Part shown: piece after piece, positions 13,622 through 27,660 of the stretch | Layout of the letters: each line of letters opens with the position of its first letter | Numbering within the stretch: position 1 is the stretch's first letter | Assembly: GCA_951406725.2 (NCBI GenBank) | Contig: OX597824.1 | Coordinates: 70,122,001-70,186,000, forward strand | Origin: Octopus vulgaris | Taxonomy: Eukaryota | Reading direction: 5' to 3' | Length of the DNA: 64,000 bases | Program-made: the position numbers and the translations under genes | The notes under the pieces: model-generated | Databases searched by the model: none | Seen by the model: only the letters and a program-made list of their open reading frames with translations | Told to the model about the DNA's origin: nothing

Positions 13622-13713
13622 TTAGACATGTATTGTGTCCTTTATATAAATAATATTTATCTCTCACCACATGGAGAACATTTCTTATTGAATTTTCTAT
13701 CACGGAACAGTAG

Positions 13714-13788
<75 letters not shown>

Positions 13789-13892
13789 ACACCTATATAT
13801 TTATATATATAATGGACTCCACCGTCGGTTTCGACGTATGAGGCTCCAACAACGTACTCTTTCTTTGTCAGTCAAATATATACATATATACA

Positions 13893-13980
<88 letters not shown>

Positions 13981-13984
13981 CGTG

Positions 13985-14285
13985 TGTATTGGATTTGGTA
14001 GACGGAAACTGACAGCAGCCCGTAGTATACATGTGTGTACGTGTGTTTGTATGTGTGTGTTTGTGTGTATGTGTATGTGTTTGTGTGTCTGTGTTTGTCC
14101 CCCTCCCCAACATCGCTTGACAACCGAAGCTGGTGTGTTTACCTGCCCGTAACTTAGCGGTTCGGCAAAAGAGACCGATAGAATAAGTACTATTCTTACA
14201 AAGAATAAGTCCTGGGGTCGATTTGCTCGACTAGAGGCGGTGCTCCGGCATGGCCACAATCAAATGACTGAAACAAGTGAAAGAA
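13985..14285 (+). mobile_element. SINE family B, 5'-truncated
   Basis: ggatttggtagacggaaactga...aaatgactgaaacaagt. Confidence 0.85.
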
Positions 14286-14617
14286 TAACAGAATAATAGA
14301 ATACACGAACATACACGTACGCACACACACATACACACGCGCGCGCGCGCACAATATAACAAGTAAGATGGTCGTCAGAATGGTTATAAAGCATAACATT
14401 AACGGTTATCTTAGATTTCTCATATATAAGCTGTTACGTAAGAAAGGTAGTTTAAATGCGACATAAAGAACACACACTCACACAATCAGGCACTCAAACA
14501 CACAAATAAGCTTTGATATATTAATCATATTACACATGAAAAAGACTTGAATAGACTGTTTCATCTTAGATCTCTCGCAGTATCTTCACTCAGAAAAGAC
14601 GCTTTTTTATTTATATA

Positions 14618-15014
14618 CTAGCAGTATCGCCCGGCGTTGCTCGGGTTTGTAAGGGAAATAACTATATAAGCATTTTTAGAGAGTTATAGCCAAAAAAATA
14701 GCAAAAAAATGCATTAAAAATGGAAAAAAAATGATGGTAAATTTTTTTTTTAATCGTTGACTCATCGTAGACATTTTTAGAGTTACTTCCCTTATATAAT
14801 AGCGAAAAAATGCATTAAAATGGAAAAAAACGATGGTAAATTTTTTTTTAAATCGTAGACTCATCGTAGACGCGCGCTAATACCCAGAAGGGCTCGATAT
14901 GAATCACGACTATAAGATACCCAGTTTTGGTTAAACTGCACCGCAAAATGTGGGAGTAGTTAGGAATCTAAATCGTAGGAGACAGACACACAACTTCACT
15001 TTTATATATAAAGA
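14618..15014 (-). mobile_element. Non-autonomous Helitron
   Basis: Minus strand starts TCtttatatataaaag, ends with GC hairpin cccgagcaacgccggg then CTAG; inserted between A and T with no TSD. Confidence 0.85.
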
Positions 15015-15268
15015 TATATATATATATCTTTAAAATTGGTTCCGTCATTTGACTATGGCCATGCTGGAGCACCGCCTTTAGTCGAGCAAATCGACCCCAG
15101 GACTTATTCTTTGTCAGCCTAGTACTTATTCTATCGAGATTGTTTGCCGAAACCGCTAGGTTATGGGGATGTAAACACACCACCATCGGTTGTCAAGCAA
15201 TGTTGGGTGGGGGACAAACACAGACAAACATATATACACACACATACATACATACATACATACATACA

Positions 15269-15389
<121 letters not shown>

Positions 15390-15409
15390 TTACGACACAG
15401 TCACTCCTG

Positions 15410-15661
15410 CGCCTATATTCTGTAGGTTTTTACTCCATTCTAAACGGTTTGCAATGCGTATGAAAGTAGTGGTTTAATGAATTTTAATTACCTTTTTCTG
15501 ATGATATCTGAAAAGAAACAGCAATTTTAGCAAAACATATTAAGCAACACGAATAATAAATCAGAAAACATGAAAATATACAAGCTTTTGACGGTTTTAT
15601 AGATAATTCAAAATTATGATGCTATGATGCTAGGTGTTTCCATTATTTTGTCCAACCCCTG
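15410..15661 (-). mobile_element. Tc1 left end, internally deleted
   Basis: Same TIR (caggggttggacaaaataatggaaacacc) and leader as the 49943 copy, then jumps to transposase-internal sequence. Confidence 0.8.
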
Positions 15662-15763
15662 TATAAATTCCACATAAGCTTTCGAATGGAACTTTTACGT
15701 GCCATGGCATTAAAATGTGCTAAACTCATTCTCTGGCATGTGATATTAGACATGTGTGTATTT

Positions 15764-15802
<39 letters not shown>

Positions 15803-15960
15803 TATGTGTGTATGTTTGCATGTATGTGTGTATGTATATATATGCATATATGTATGTGTGTAAGTGAGTATGTATGCATGTATGTATGCATGTACGTATG
15901 TATGCATATAGATGCATATGCATGCTCTACACTCTTTTCAAGTTAGAATAAATTTTGACT

Positions 15961-16125
15961 AGGCGTAGGAGTGGTTGTGTGGTAAGTAGCTTGCTTACAA
16001 ACTATACGGTTCCGGGTTCAGTCCCACTGCGTGGCACCTTGGGCAAGTGTCTTCTACTATAGCCTCGGGCCGACCAAAAGCCTTGTGAGTGGATTTGGTA
16101 GACGGAAACTGAAAGAAGCCCGTCG

Positions 16126-16174
<49 letters not shown>

Positions 16175-16355
16175 ACATGTTTGTGCGTCTGTGTTTGTCC
16201 CCCCAACATCGCTTGATAACCGATGCTGGTGTGTTTACGTCCCTGTAATTTAGCGGTTCGGCAAAAGAGTTCGATAGAATAAGTACTAGGCTTACAAAGA
16301 ATAAGTCCTGCGCTGGATTTGCCACAGTCCAATGACTGAAACAAGTAAAAGAGTA
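15961..16355 (+). mobile_element. SINE family B, near full length
   Basis: tRNA-like head (gtggttgtgtggtaag...ggttcagtccc), CORE-like accttgggcaagtgtctt, internal (TG)n, 3' gactgaaacaagtaaaagag. Confidence 0.9.
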
Positions 16356-17865
16356 CTTAGAAGTAGCAAGACTGTAAAAAGTGTATCTTCTCTTGTACAT
16401 CATCCTTTAAATCTTAAGAAAGTCTTTCAGATTTTTATTGTCCCAGATATCGTGAACATTTGTAGTGCATTTATTAAGGTTTTGCATTTTTTCCCCACAA
16501 AAACCCAAGTTCAACCATATTTTGCTCCAGACTGGTAGGTATGTGCCTTGATATTTCCTATGCATGCATGCATGTATGTATATACGCATGTATGTATGCA
16601 TGCACGCATGTACGTTTGTGTGTATTTATATATGTATCTATGTATGTATCTGTGTACGTATGTAAGTATGAGTGCATACTTGTACATATATGCATGTGTG
16701 TATGTATGTATGCATGTATGTATGTATGTATGTATGTATATGTGTGTGTGAGTATGTATGTATACATGAATGTATGTATGTATGCATGCATGTAACTATG
16801 TATGTATTCATGTACGTATGCATGTATGTATACATGTATGTATGCATGCATGCATGTATATATGTATATGTATGTGTAAGTATGTATGTATGCATGTATG
16901 TATGTGTGCATGCATGTGTGTATGTATGCATGTATCTCTGTATGTATAAGTGTAAGTATATATGTATGCATATATGTATGCATGCATATATGTATGCATG
17001 TATGTATGTATGCATGCTTCCATGTATGCATATATGTATGTATGCATGCATGCATGTATGTATGCATACATATATGTTTGTATGTATGTATTTATGTATG
17101 CATGTATGTATACGAGCAACAGATTTTTTTTTCTGCCTGTTGGACGGTAATTACATGCCGGTGGGGGGAGGGGTAAATAAGAAGACAAAAAGAGACTTGC
17201 GTGAACGGAATACAGGGCAAACAGAAAGACGGGCTGGCTGATCGGATGGCTGGTTTGCAGGATAGATGGATAGCAGGCAGGATGGACGGATGGACGGATG
17301 GATAGATGGATGGACGGACGGACGGACGGATGGATGGATGGATGGATGGATGGATGGATGGATGGATGGATGGATGGATGGATGGGTGGATGGATGGATG
17401 GATGGATGGATGGACGGGTAGGTGGGTTTATGGGTGGATGGGTGGTTTAATGCATGGATGCATGAATGTGTGATGAGGGTTTGGAAGGGGGATGTGGCGT
17501 CGGATGGTTGGATGGATGGATGGACGGATGGACGGATGCATTGATAGGAAATGAAGAAATGAAAATTGCCAAATATTCACAATTTATTAATAAAGCTATT
17601 GTTTCGTGTACGTGTTCGTGGTGGCGGTGGTGGTGGCAGCGGCGGCGGTGGTAGTGGCAGCGGCGGCGGCCGTGGCGGCCGTGGGAGAATGGAGGGTATA
17701 TGCGTGTGCATGTAGTTCATTTGTGAGTGTGGGAGAGGATGTGCATGTGTGTTTGTGTGTGTATGTGTGTGCGTGTGTGTGTGTGCACTCTAGAAATATA
17801 ATGGATACGAACCGTTTATGTGTATATTATATTATATCAAATATAATATAATATAATGTAATATA

Positions 17866-17940
<75 letters not shown>

Positions 17941-18305
17941 TCACCTAATATACATGCATATATACACATAATATAATATAATGGAATGGAATACTTATAC
18001 ATACCATATGTGAAGGAGAAGGAGAGAGAGGAGGAGGAGGAGGAGGAGAAGAAGAAAAAGAAGAAGAAGAAGAAGAAGAAGAAGAAAGAAGAAGAAGAAG
18101 AAGAAGAAGAAGAAGAAGAAGAAGAAGAAGAAGAGATATAGTTTACTGGTTTAGATGCGTATATGATTCCGTGAATGTAAGTTGTGTATTGGGGGGGGGG
18201 TATATGCGCGTGCGTGCGCGTCTATGTATGTTTTGTGGTGTATTGGTATAGAGTATGTTATGAAATAACTATTGCTCTCTGTATATACTTGTGTGTGCAC
18301 TGTTG

Positions 18306-18345
<40 letters not shown>

Positions 18346-18953
18346 TATTTAAGTAGACAAATTAATTATCTTATTACGGATAATTCGAAAGATAACCGAT
18401 ACCTGGGTAGCAAACTCACAACAGAAAGCACTGTTAAAGTTACGACCATAGGGCATAAACTCCGTGCCTTAGTGCGGAAATTTGAAGTTTAATTTAATAT
18501 ATACTTATTATATATTATATATATATATTATATATATATATATATATATGTATGTCTGTGTGTGCTGTGCGTTCTATATGAGAGTGTATATCTGCGTGAG
18601 CTGTAAATATCTGTGTAAGTATATATGTATCCTATTTTTTTTCGGCGGGGCCGTTAATTTGAGGATATAGCTCATGGTATACGTTTCGTTATGTCTCTTT
18701 TATGTTGTGAGTTCGCAGAACGCACGAGCAAACTTTGTCTTTCATCCTTCTGGAAGCCGACAAAATTAAGTACGAGTCATCCAAAAGGAGCATACGCTTG
18801 AACGAGTTGCATTATCTAACGATCCTAAGGGTCTGACCCCCTAATCGTTGGTACCTACTCTACTTTAATTTCGAAGTGAAATTCCCTGTCTTGAACCTGT
18901 CGATAAAAGTATATATCTTTTATAACAAGCAAATCTCTGTACGTAACTATACT

Positions 18954-19347
18954 TATTTCTTTATTGCCCTCAAGGGGCTAAACATAGAGGGGACAAACAA
19001 GGACAGACAAAGGGATTAAGTCGATTACATTGACCCCAGTGCGTTACTGGTACTTAATTTATCGACCCCGAAAGGATGAAAGGCAAAGTCGACCGCGGCG
19101 GAATTTGAACTCAGAACGTAACAACCGGCAAAATACCTATTTCTTTACTACCCACAAGGGGCTAAACACAGAGGGCCAAACAAGAACAGAAAAACGGATT
19201 AAGTCGATTACATCGACCCTGGTGCGTAACTGGTACTTAATTTATCGACCCCGAAAAAATGAAAGCTAAAGTCGACGCCGGCGGAATTTGAACTCAGAAC
19301 GTAACATTTCGCCCGGCGTGCTAACGTTTCTGCCAGCTTGCCGCCTT
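18954..19347 (-). mobile_element. SINE family A dimer
   Basis: Two core+tail1 modules; cgtaactatact occurs on both flanks (TSD-like). Confidence 0.85.
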
Positions 19348-19446
19348 AGTCGTAACTATACTGAGAAGTAATACTCATCGCCACTTCAAACTGGCTGTTC
19401 TGTAGGAACCTCCAGCTGGTTATAGATACAATCTGCATCCGTTATA

Positions 19447-19977
19447 CAGGGTGCGGTAGAAGTAAAGCCCTTTCTAGTTTTTATTTTTTTGGTTTTTTTT
19501 CCTACTTTCAACAGAATGGAGCATCGCCTCGCTATGTTTAGAACTTTAAATCTTAATTTTGAGGGCAGGAATATAGGACGACGTGGCGCAATTTGAGTAG
19601 CCAGACCTAACGATCACCACATTTACGACAACCTTACAGTTTCTTGTCAGGTGTATTGAAAAATCTTGTTTACTCCCTCAAAACGAAAAACGATTCTTGA
19701 ATTAAAACAAACAATATCTTATTGATTTTCTGCAATTCACGTGTAAATGTGTCGAAGGGTTTGTAGAAGTGTTACTGGTAGTGTTCAGAATTGTACTAAA
19801 AACGAAGTGTAGCATTTTGTTGTTTGAAACTATTTCAGTTTATTTTCATTATTTGAATTCTTTCGCTTCTCTAACTAATGTAATCAATTTTTGTACAATT
19901 AAAAATAACTACACGAAACAATTTTTCTACTATAAGAATTACTAAATAAAAATAGGCATTAATTCTGCCGCACTCTG
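19447..19977 (+). mobile_element. Internally deleted Tc1/mariner-superfamily element
   Basis: TA-cagggtgcggtagaa...ttctgccgcactctg-TA; internal decayed IGRRGAI...GVLKNLVYS...CRRVCRSV resembles a transposase C-terminus. Confidence 0.65.
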
Positions 19978-20087
19978 TATATTGCAAGCAAGGGAGTGAT
20001 CTCCTACCATTTTCTAGCAGACGACTGGACTGCCAGACCGTACGGTTTCGTGTTATTTGTGCTAATCCGCAGTGGTGGACACCCATC

Positions 20088-20510
20088 GGATCTTTTCGGT
20101 TTGAACGGCAGTTTTTAAAATAATTTCTAGGTAACTAAACAATTTTAAACTTCATATACTGGTAGATTGTGTTTATAAAACATGTTTTTCTCTTGGCTTT
20201 ATTGAGTAAATTCTATAGTTTGTAAGATATTTGTTGCTTTTTTTCTTCAATTTCTGCAATTTCAACCAATCAATGACGTGTATTGAGCTAAAAAAAACAT
20301 TCTGTGCCGTATGAATATGTCCCTCGTTTAAGAAACAAATTGGGTTTATTTACATTTGTGAAGAAAAAAGATACCCTTCCCCCACCCCTAACCCTAACCC
20401 TAACCCTAAAACAGATTGAAATGCAATAGATCGATACTAGGGTCATAATTATGGTTGACAATTTCATATGACACCGCTAGGAAAAACTGTCGTTCAAACC
20501 GAAAAGATCC
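20088..20510. mobile_element. MITE with 29-bp TIRs, 4-bp TSD and internal (CCCTAA)4
   Basis: ggatcttttcggtttgaacggcagttttt / aaaaactgtcgttcaaaccgaaaagatcc; catc on both sides. Confidence 0.85.
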
Positions 20511-20862
20511 CATCCATCCGCTAGAGATAGCAGTAATCCGTTCCAGCTCGCAATAAATAGAAAAATGAGTGACAATCAGTCACTGCTCTTTTATCATTTA
20601 CTTATTTCAATCATTAGACTGTGGCCATGCTGGAGCATTGCCTTGAGGGGGTTTAGTCGAGCAAATCGACCCCAGTACTCACCTTTTCCTATGTCGGATA
20701 TTTATTCTCATGGCTACACGTTCGAGCGAGAATTAGTCTCTTATAATGGTAAAAATTGTCTCGTGTGACAGGCTGTGAGTATGCGTCAATGAAAAGACCC
20801 AAAATGGCTGAAATGCAATTGGCGCTCTCGATGGCAACAGTTGGGACATATTTTCCTTTCTT

Positions 20863-20933
<71 letters not shown>

Positions 20934-21267
20934 CTATTTATCTATCTATCTCTCCATCGCTGATATTTATTGTTTTTTTAACAGCAAGTCCACAAAGAGA
21001 TGTTATCTCAAGGAAAATACTGTGCCCATAAGTCCAAAACAGGTGTTATCTCAGGGAAAATAATGTGTGTATACATTAAATAGGATACATTGATGGCTAT
21101 TTTAATCAAATACTGCTTCAATAAATGTGTGTGTATGTATTTGTATGTGCGTACGTGTGTGTGTGTGCCCTCTAAGCACCGAATGGCTTTCTCGTTCTCG
21201 TGCATCGTGTATAAAATCGTGATACAAATAGATGTACATGTACTAATCATAATAATGGCCTCCCAAT

Positions 21268-21954
21268 AAGGCGGTGAGCTGGCAGAAACGTTAGCACGCC
21301 GGGCGAAATGCGTAGCCGTATTTCGTCTGCCGTTACGTTCTGAGTTCAAATTCTGCCGAGGTCGACTTTGCCTTTCATCCTTTTGGGGTCGATTAAATAA
21401 GTAGCAGTTACGCACTGGGGTCGATATAATCGACTTAATCCGTTTGTCTGTTCTTGTTTGTCCCCTCTGTGTTTAGCCTCTTGTGTGTAGTAAAGAAATA
21501 AGTATTTCGTCTGACGTTACGTTCTGAGTTCAAATTTCGTCGAGGTCGACTTTGCCTTTCATCCTTTCGGGGTCGATAAATTAAGTACCAGTTACGCACT
21601 GGGGTCGAGGTAATCGACTTAATCCGTTTGTCTGTCCTTGTTTGTCCCTTCTGTGTTTAGCCCCTTTATGGTAGTAAAGAAATAGGTATTACGCTCTACG
21701 CTCTAAGGTCAAATCAACTTACCACACCCACTAAATAATTCTTTCTGCTATAGGTACAAGACCCAAAATTTGGTGGGGAGGGGACTAGTCGTTTACATCA
21801 ACCCCAGTGCGTAACTAGTACTTAATTTATCGACCCCGAAAGGATGAAAGGCAAAGTCGACCTCCACGGAATTTGAACTCAGAATGTAGCGATGGGCGAA
21901 ATACTGCTAAGCATTTCGTCCAACGCGCTAACGATTCTGCCAGCTCGCCGCCTT
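21268..21954. mobile_element. Cluster of SINE A copies (+ dimer 21268-21690, - monomer about 21740-21954)
   Basis: Family A head/core/tail motifs in opposite orientations. Confidence 0.85.
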
Positions 21955-22923
21955 ATTACCACACCCACTAAAGCTGGCCTTCTCGGCAGGATTAAACGTC
22001 AGAATGTAAAAAGCCAAAATGAAAATTGTGACAATTCTGCTCTAACGGTTCTGCCAGTCCACCGTTATCTGGAACTTATCAAACAAATAGGGAGTTATTG
22101 TATCGATCTCGGAAGAATTAATGGCACACTCGACCGGCATGGTATCTGAACTCAGAACATATATATAAATATATATAATAATAATAAGAGAGAGATATGT
22201 TATATTAAATCTCTGAGCGAGATATAAACAGTAGCGGTACGGAATCAGAACATATATTTGCCAACTAAATGTGGCGTCCTATACAGGACAGTGTTACTGT
22301 TGTTTATAGCCCCAGGAAGATATTTCTTCCGGCTGGCTAACGATGTATAATAATATTTTCTAACTTTGATGCACAGTTCTAAATTTTCCGTGGTGGAGTA
22401 CGATCGATTATATATATATATATTGGCTTCAAATTTTGGCACCAGGCTAGGGATTTCGGAGTGGGGTAAGTTGATTACGTCGACCCCAGTATTCAACTGG
22501 TACTTATTTTATCGACTCCGAAAGGGTGAAAAGCAAATCTGACTTCTGCAGGGTTTGAACTCAGAAAGTAAAGTCGGAAGATATGGCCTTAATAATTTTT
22601 CCTGGCGTTGTTAATGACTGGGTTCAAATTTTGATACAAGTCCTGCAATTTCGGGGAAAGGGCTAGTCGAATAAATCGACCCCAGTGATTCAGAGGTGCG
22701 TATTTTATCGACTCCGAAAGGGATGAAAAACAAAGCCACCCTCTATTGAATTTGAACTCAAAACGTAAGAACGCACGAAATGACGCTTAGCATTTTGCTC
22801 AGCATGCTAATGATTACAATCAAAAACAAATTCTTTTCTACACTAGACACAAGGCCCGAAATTGGGGGCCAGTCGATTATCTAATCAACTGGCCCTAGTA
22901 CGCAAGGGGTACTTAATTTATCG

Positions 22924-23350
22924 ACGCAGGAGTGGTTGTGTGGTAAGGTGCAGGAGTGGCGGTGTGGTAAGTAACTTGCTTACCAGCCACATGGTTCCGG
23001 GTTCAGTCCCACTGCATAGCACCTTGGGCAAGTGTCTTCTACTATAGCCTCGGATCGACCAAAGCCTTGTGAGTGGATTTGGTAGACGGAAACTGAAAGA
23101 AGCCCGTCGTATATATGTATATGTATATATATGTGTGTGTACGTGAGTTTCTGTGTCCGTGTTTGTCCCCCAACATCGCTTGACGACCGATGCTGGTGTG
23201 TTTACGTCCCCGTAACTTAGCGGTTCGACAAAAGAGACCATAGAATAAGTACTAGGCTTACAAAGAATAAGTCCTGGGGGCGATATGCTCGACTAAAGGC
23301 GGTGCTCCAGCATGGCCGCAGTCAAGTGACTGAAACAAGTAAAAGAAACA
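22924..23350 (+). mobile_element. SINE family B full length, nested in a SINE A array (about 22420-23565, minus)
   Basis: SINE A core tatcga|ccccgaaagg is split by the B copy; the B head is partly duplicated. Confidence 0.85.
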
Positions 23351-23667
23351 AAGACCCCGAAAGGATGAAAGGCAAAGTCGACCTCGGCGGAATCTGAACT
23401 CAGATCGTAAAGACAGACGAAATACCTATTTCTTAACTACCCACAAGGGGCTAAACACAGAGAGGACAAACAAGGACAGACAAACGGATTAAGTCGATTA
23501 TATCGACCCCAGTGCGTAACTGGTACTTATTTAATCGATCCCGAAAGGATGAAAGGCAAAGTTAATAATAATAATCGTTCCTTTATTTGTCAGAAAACAT
23601 GCAGATAAAATAGCTTAGAACGAACACTTGCAAAACTGAATGTGTCGGGGCAGATGATGTTATTGTG

Positions 23668-23701
<34 letters not shown>

Positions 23702-24136
23702 AAGACACACGAGACTGTCTGAGCGAATGAATCTAGGAATGAGTAAATATTTGACAGTATAAATGAGCGAACGAAAGAACGAACGACAAAGCAGGTAAGA
23801 CATCGCGGTCATTTACAGCATCCGTCTCCATCACAAGTGATCTTGACCTGGTCTTGCCACTGGACTGAAGACGGTCACGGACCTGAGAGTGAGGTTGATG
23901 TTGCGCAACTTGACTTTACAAGTCATCATCGGCCGTCCTTAAAGATGGCTTGATGGTCTTCGCTGTTCCCACAGACGAATATTATGCTATTCTTCTGTGG
24001 GCGTTATTGTGTGTGGGTGCGTGTATGTACCTATGTTGTATGTGTGAATGTGTGTTTGATTGGTTGTGTGTGCGTGTGGGAGGATGAGAATGGGTATGTG
24101 TGTTTATGTGTGTGCGTGTGTTTGTCTGTGTGCGTG

Positions 24137-24175
<39 letters not shown>

Positions 24176-24479
24176 AGATTAGGTGATCTTCGTCGCTTCG
24201 ACAGATGAACAGGATGTTATTCTGAGGGGGTGTTATTACGTGTGTGTGTATATGTGTGTTGCATTGTGTGTGTGCGCGTTGTGTGTGTGTGTGAATAAAT
24301 GAGTGTGAGTCTAGGTGTGTATATATGAAGAACGAATGAATTTGGGAATGAGTAACTGTTGAATGAGAGTACACGAACAAACTAATGAAAGAATATGTAT
24401 TCATGTGTGTCTATGTGTGCATGTGTATATGTGTAAATGCGTATATGCGTGTGTGCGTTTGTAAATGTATGTATGTGTG

Positions 24480-25070
24480 TGAGCGCATGTGTGTAAGTTT
24501 GTGCATGTGTGTGAGTGCATGTGTGAATGTGAGAGCATATGTGTGTGTATATGTGTATGTATATGTGTGTGTGCATGTGTGTGTGTATGTATGTGTGTGA
24601 TGTGCGTGGTGTGTGTGTTTGTTTGTTTGTGTGTGTGAGACTGAACTTGGGCGCATTTGTGTAAGTTTGTGCATGTGTGTGAGTGCGTGTGTGCATGTGA
24701 GAGCATATGTGTGTGTATATGTGTGTGTATATGTGTGTGTGCATGTGTGTGTATATGTATGTGTGTGATGTGTGTGGTGTGTGTGTTTGTTTGTTTGTGT
24801 GTGTGAGACTGAACTTGGGCGCATGTGTGTAAGTTTGTGCATGTGTGTGAGTGCGTGTGTGCATGTGAGAGCATATGTGTGTGTATATGTGTGTGTATAT
24901 GTGTGTGTGCATGTGTGTGTGTGTATGTATGTGTGTGATGTGTGTGGTGTGTGTGTTTGTTTGTTTGTGAGTGTGAGACTGAACTTGGGCGCATGTGTGT
25001 AAGTTTGTGCATGTGTGTGAGTGTGCATGTGTGCATGTGAGAGCATATGTGTGTGTGTATATGTGTGAGA
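24480..25070. repeat. Higher-order tandem repeat, unit 168-170 bp, TG-rich
   Basis: Marker gagactgaacttgggcgca recurs at 24637, 24805 and 24975. Confidence 0.9.
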
Positions 25071-26398
25071 GTGTATGTGTAAATGCGTACATGTGTGAGA
25101 GCGTATGTGTGTATGTGTGTGTGTGTGGTGTGTGTATTTGTGTGTGTGTGTGTAAGACTGATCTGTTGTGTTAGGAAATGAAAGAGTGAATGTGTGAGAG
25201 GAGAGTATGCAAAAGGAAAAAAAAGAAATAGTGAATGAATAAGTGCGCGTCCGCGTGGATGAAATGCATGAATGAAAAAAACAAACAGGTTCGTAATTCT
25301 CACTTATCGATCTTTGGTATTTCCTTCTATATTTCTTTACAATTAGTCATCAAATCAAATCAAACAAAGGCTACAATGGTGAGCGGCGGCTGGGACAATA
25401 ATGGCGGCGATGGTGGAGACGGCGATGTTGGAGAGGGCGATGGCGGCGGCAATGGCGGCGACGGTGATGCTAGTGGTGGTGGTGGCGATGGTGGTAGTGG
25501 TGGTAGTGGTGGTGGTAGTGGTGGTGGTGGTGGTGGTGGTGGTGGTGGTGGCGGCGGCGGTGAAGTCGGCGTGAATAGGGTTTTTGTTGTTTAGCCGCAG
25601 GTCAGTCTTGATCGAGTAAAAACTATGATCGAATGGTGGTGGTGGTGGTCATCGTCGTCGTTGTGGAGGTTGTGGTGGCCGTGGTCGTGGTGGTGGTGCC
25701 GTCGGTGATGTTATGGTCATGGCGGTAGCGATGGTTTGTGATAGTTTTTCGCTGTGGTTTTGTAATGGCTAATTGGTTGTGATTGTGGTGTTCGCGAATG
25801 CGATGGTATTGTTGCAGGTTATTGCAGCAGCAGTGGTGGTTATGATGGTGGTGGTGTCGGAGGTTCGGGATGAATAGTGAGGAATAGATGGTGTTGATTT
25901 TTTAACCACAGGTCAGTGTGGATCGCGTATGCGTATGATGGTGGTGGTGGTGGTGGTAATGATAATGATGAAATCGGTGGTAGAGGCGATGGCGGAGGAT
26001 GCGCAGAATGCGGAGGCAGCGACTGAGGCGGCTGAGGAGACGGCGACGGTGGAAACGGTGATGGTGGAGGCGGCAGCGACGGTGGAGGCGGCAGCGACGG
26101 TGGAGGCGGCGGCAGCGACGGTGGAGGCGGCGGCAGCGACGGTGGAGGCGGGGCGATGGCGATGGTGACGGTGGAGGCGTGGAGGCGGAGGCGGCGGAGC
26201 GGTGGTGGTGGTGGTGGTGGTGGTGGTGGTGGTGGTGGCGTCGGCAGTCGTGGTGTCTGCTTTGGTGATGATGGTTTGTTAAGGTGTGAATAAGAAATGA
26301 CTCTAGAATTGCTTTATAAAAAGAAAAACGAAAAAACAAAAAAATGCAACAACAAAGACAATAGCCGTAACGGAGGAGCTTGAGAGAAAATAAATACA

Positions 26399-26433
<35 letters not shown>

Positions 26434-26717
26434 AAGAGAAATGGAGAAAGAGTGAGAGAGACGTAGAGAGGAAAAGGGGGACAGGAAGAAGAGAATGAGG
26501 GCTAACAGGAGCAGGAATAGTAGGCAAATAGGGATAAAAGGGGAAAAGAATGACGTTAAATGTTGATGTTTATCACAAAAAGATACATACTCTTTTACGC
26601 TTTTATTTGTTTCAGTCATTTGACTGTGGCCATGCTGGAGCACCACCTTTAGTCGAGCAAATCGACCCCCAGGATTTATTCTCCGAAGTCACTGTCAACA
26701 TTATTCTTATATATATA

Positions 26718-26785
26718 TGGGCAAGTTTCTTCTACAATAGCCTGGGGCCGACCAAAGCCCTGTGAGGGGATTTGGTAGACAGCCC

Positions 26786-26875
<90 letters not shown>

Positions 26876-27090
26876 TCTTTGTGTTTGTCCCATATCATTG
26901 CTTGACAACTGGTGTTGGTGTGTTTACGTTCCCGTAGCTTAGTGGTTCAGCAGAAGAGACTGATAGCTTAAGTACTAGGCTTACAAAGAATAAGTCTTGG
27001 GGTCGTCTGCTTCGACTAAAAACCCTTTAGGTTGGTGCTCCAGCATGGCTGCTGTCAAAATGACTGAAACAAGCAAGAGAATAAGAGAAT
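26718..27090 (+). mobile_element. SINE family B with expanded internal (TG)n
   Basis: gggcaagtttcttctac...(TG)n...tgactgaaacaag. Confidence 0.85.
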
Positions 27091-27303
27091 ATATGTATTA
27101 TATATAGTATATATAATATATAATATATATATATACGTATGCATATGCATGTACGTGTGTGTTTCCGCCCCGACGTCCGAAACTCGGAGTTTTATCATGG
27201 CTACCGAATAATTGTCGCATAGTATATTTACAGATAAATTCCTCTATTTACAAATATCGAGGTCTTTTTCATTCTTTTGTTGTCTTGCCATTTCTATCAA
27301 TAC

Positions 27304-27337
<34 letters not shown>

Positions 27338-27338
<1 letters not shown>

Positions 27339-27542
27339 AAGTTAATCCAAACAAGAAAGCACAAAAAAAGACAACAACGCGAGGACGTGGAACAAATATA
27401 GTATTATTGGACGCTCAGGAAAGAAGGAAAGAAGGAGGGTTTAATGTTTCGAGCGGAGCTCTTCGTCGGAAACATAGGAGAAGGAAAGATCCAGAGAAGG
27501 GAAGACAGAGGGAAAAAATCGCCAACGGTACACACGCGACAA
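27338..27542 (-). mobile_element. About 200-bp non-coding element with hammerhead-like motif (27439-27473)
   Basis: Same family as 37560 and 57202; minus strand gttt-CCGACGA-a-gagc-tcc-gctc-GAAA-ca-TT-aaac. Confidence 0.7.
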
Positions 27543-27577
27543 ACACACACATACACACACACATATAAACAGATAGT

Positions 27578-27660
<83 letters not shown>

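Noticed and set aside
20386-20409. Telomere or chromosome-fusion scar
   Set aside because: Only four units, and they lie inside a TIR-bounded element
23794-23974. Apparent short GT-AG intron on the plus strand
   Set aside because: Flanks are not exon-like; the interior looks more like a decayed LINE end on the minus strand
25929-26168. Ala/Glu-rich ORF (VEAAAT repeats) resembling an antifreeze or structural protein
   Set aside because: An 18/21-bp GC-rich minisatellite among GGT/GGC repeats; no splice or other support
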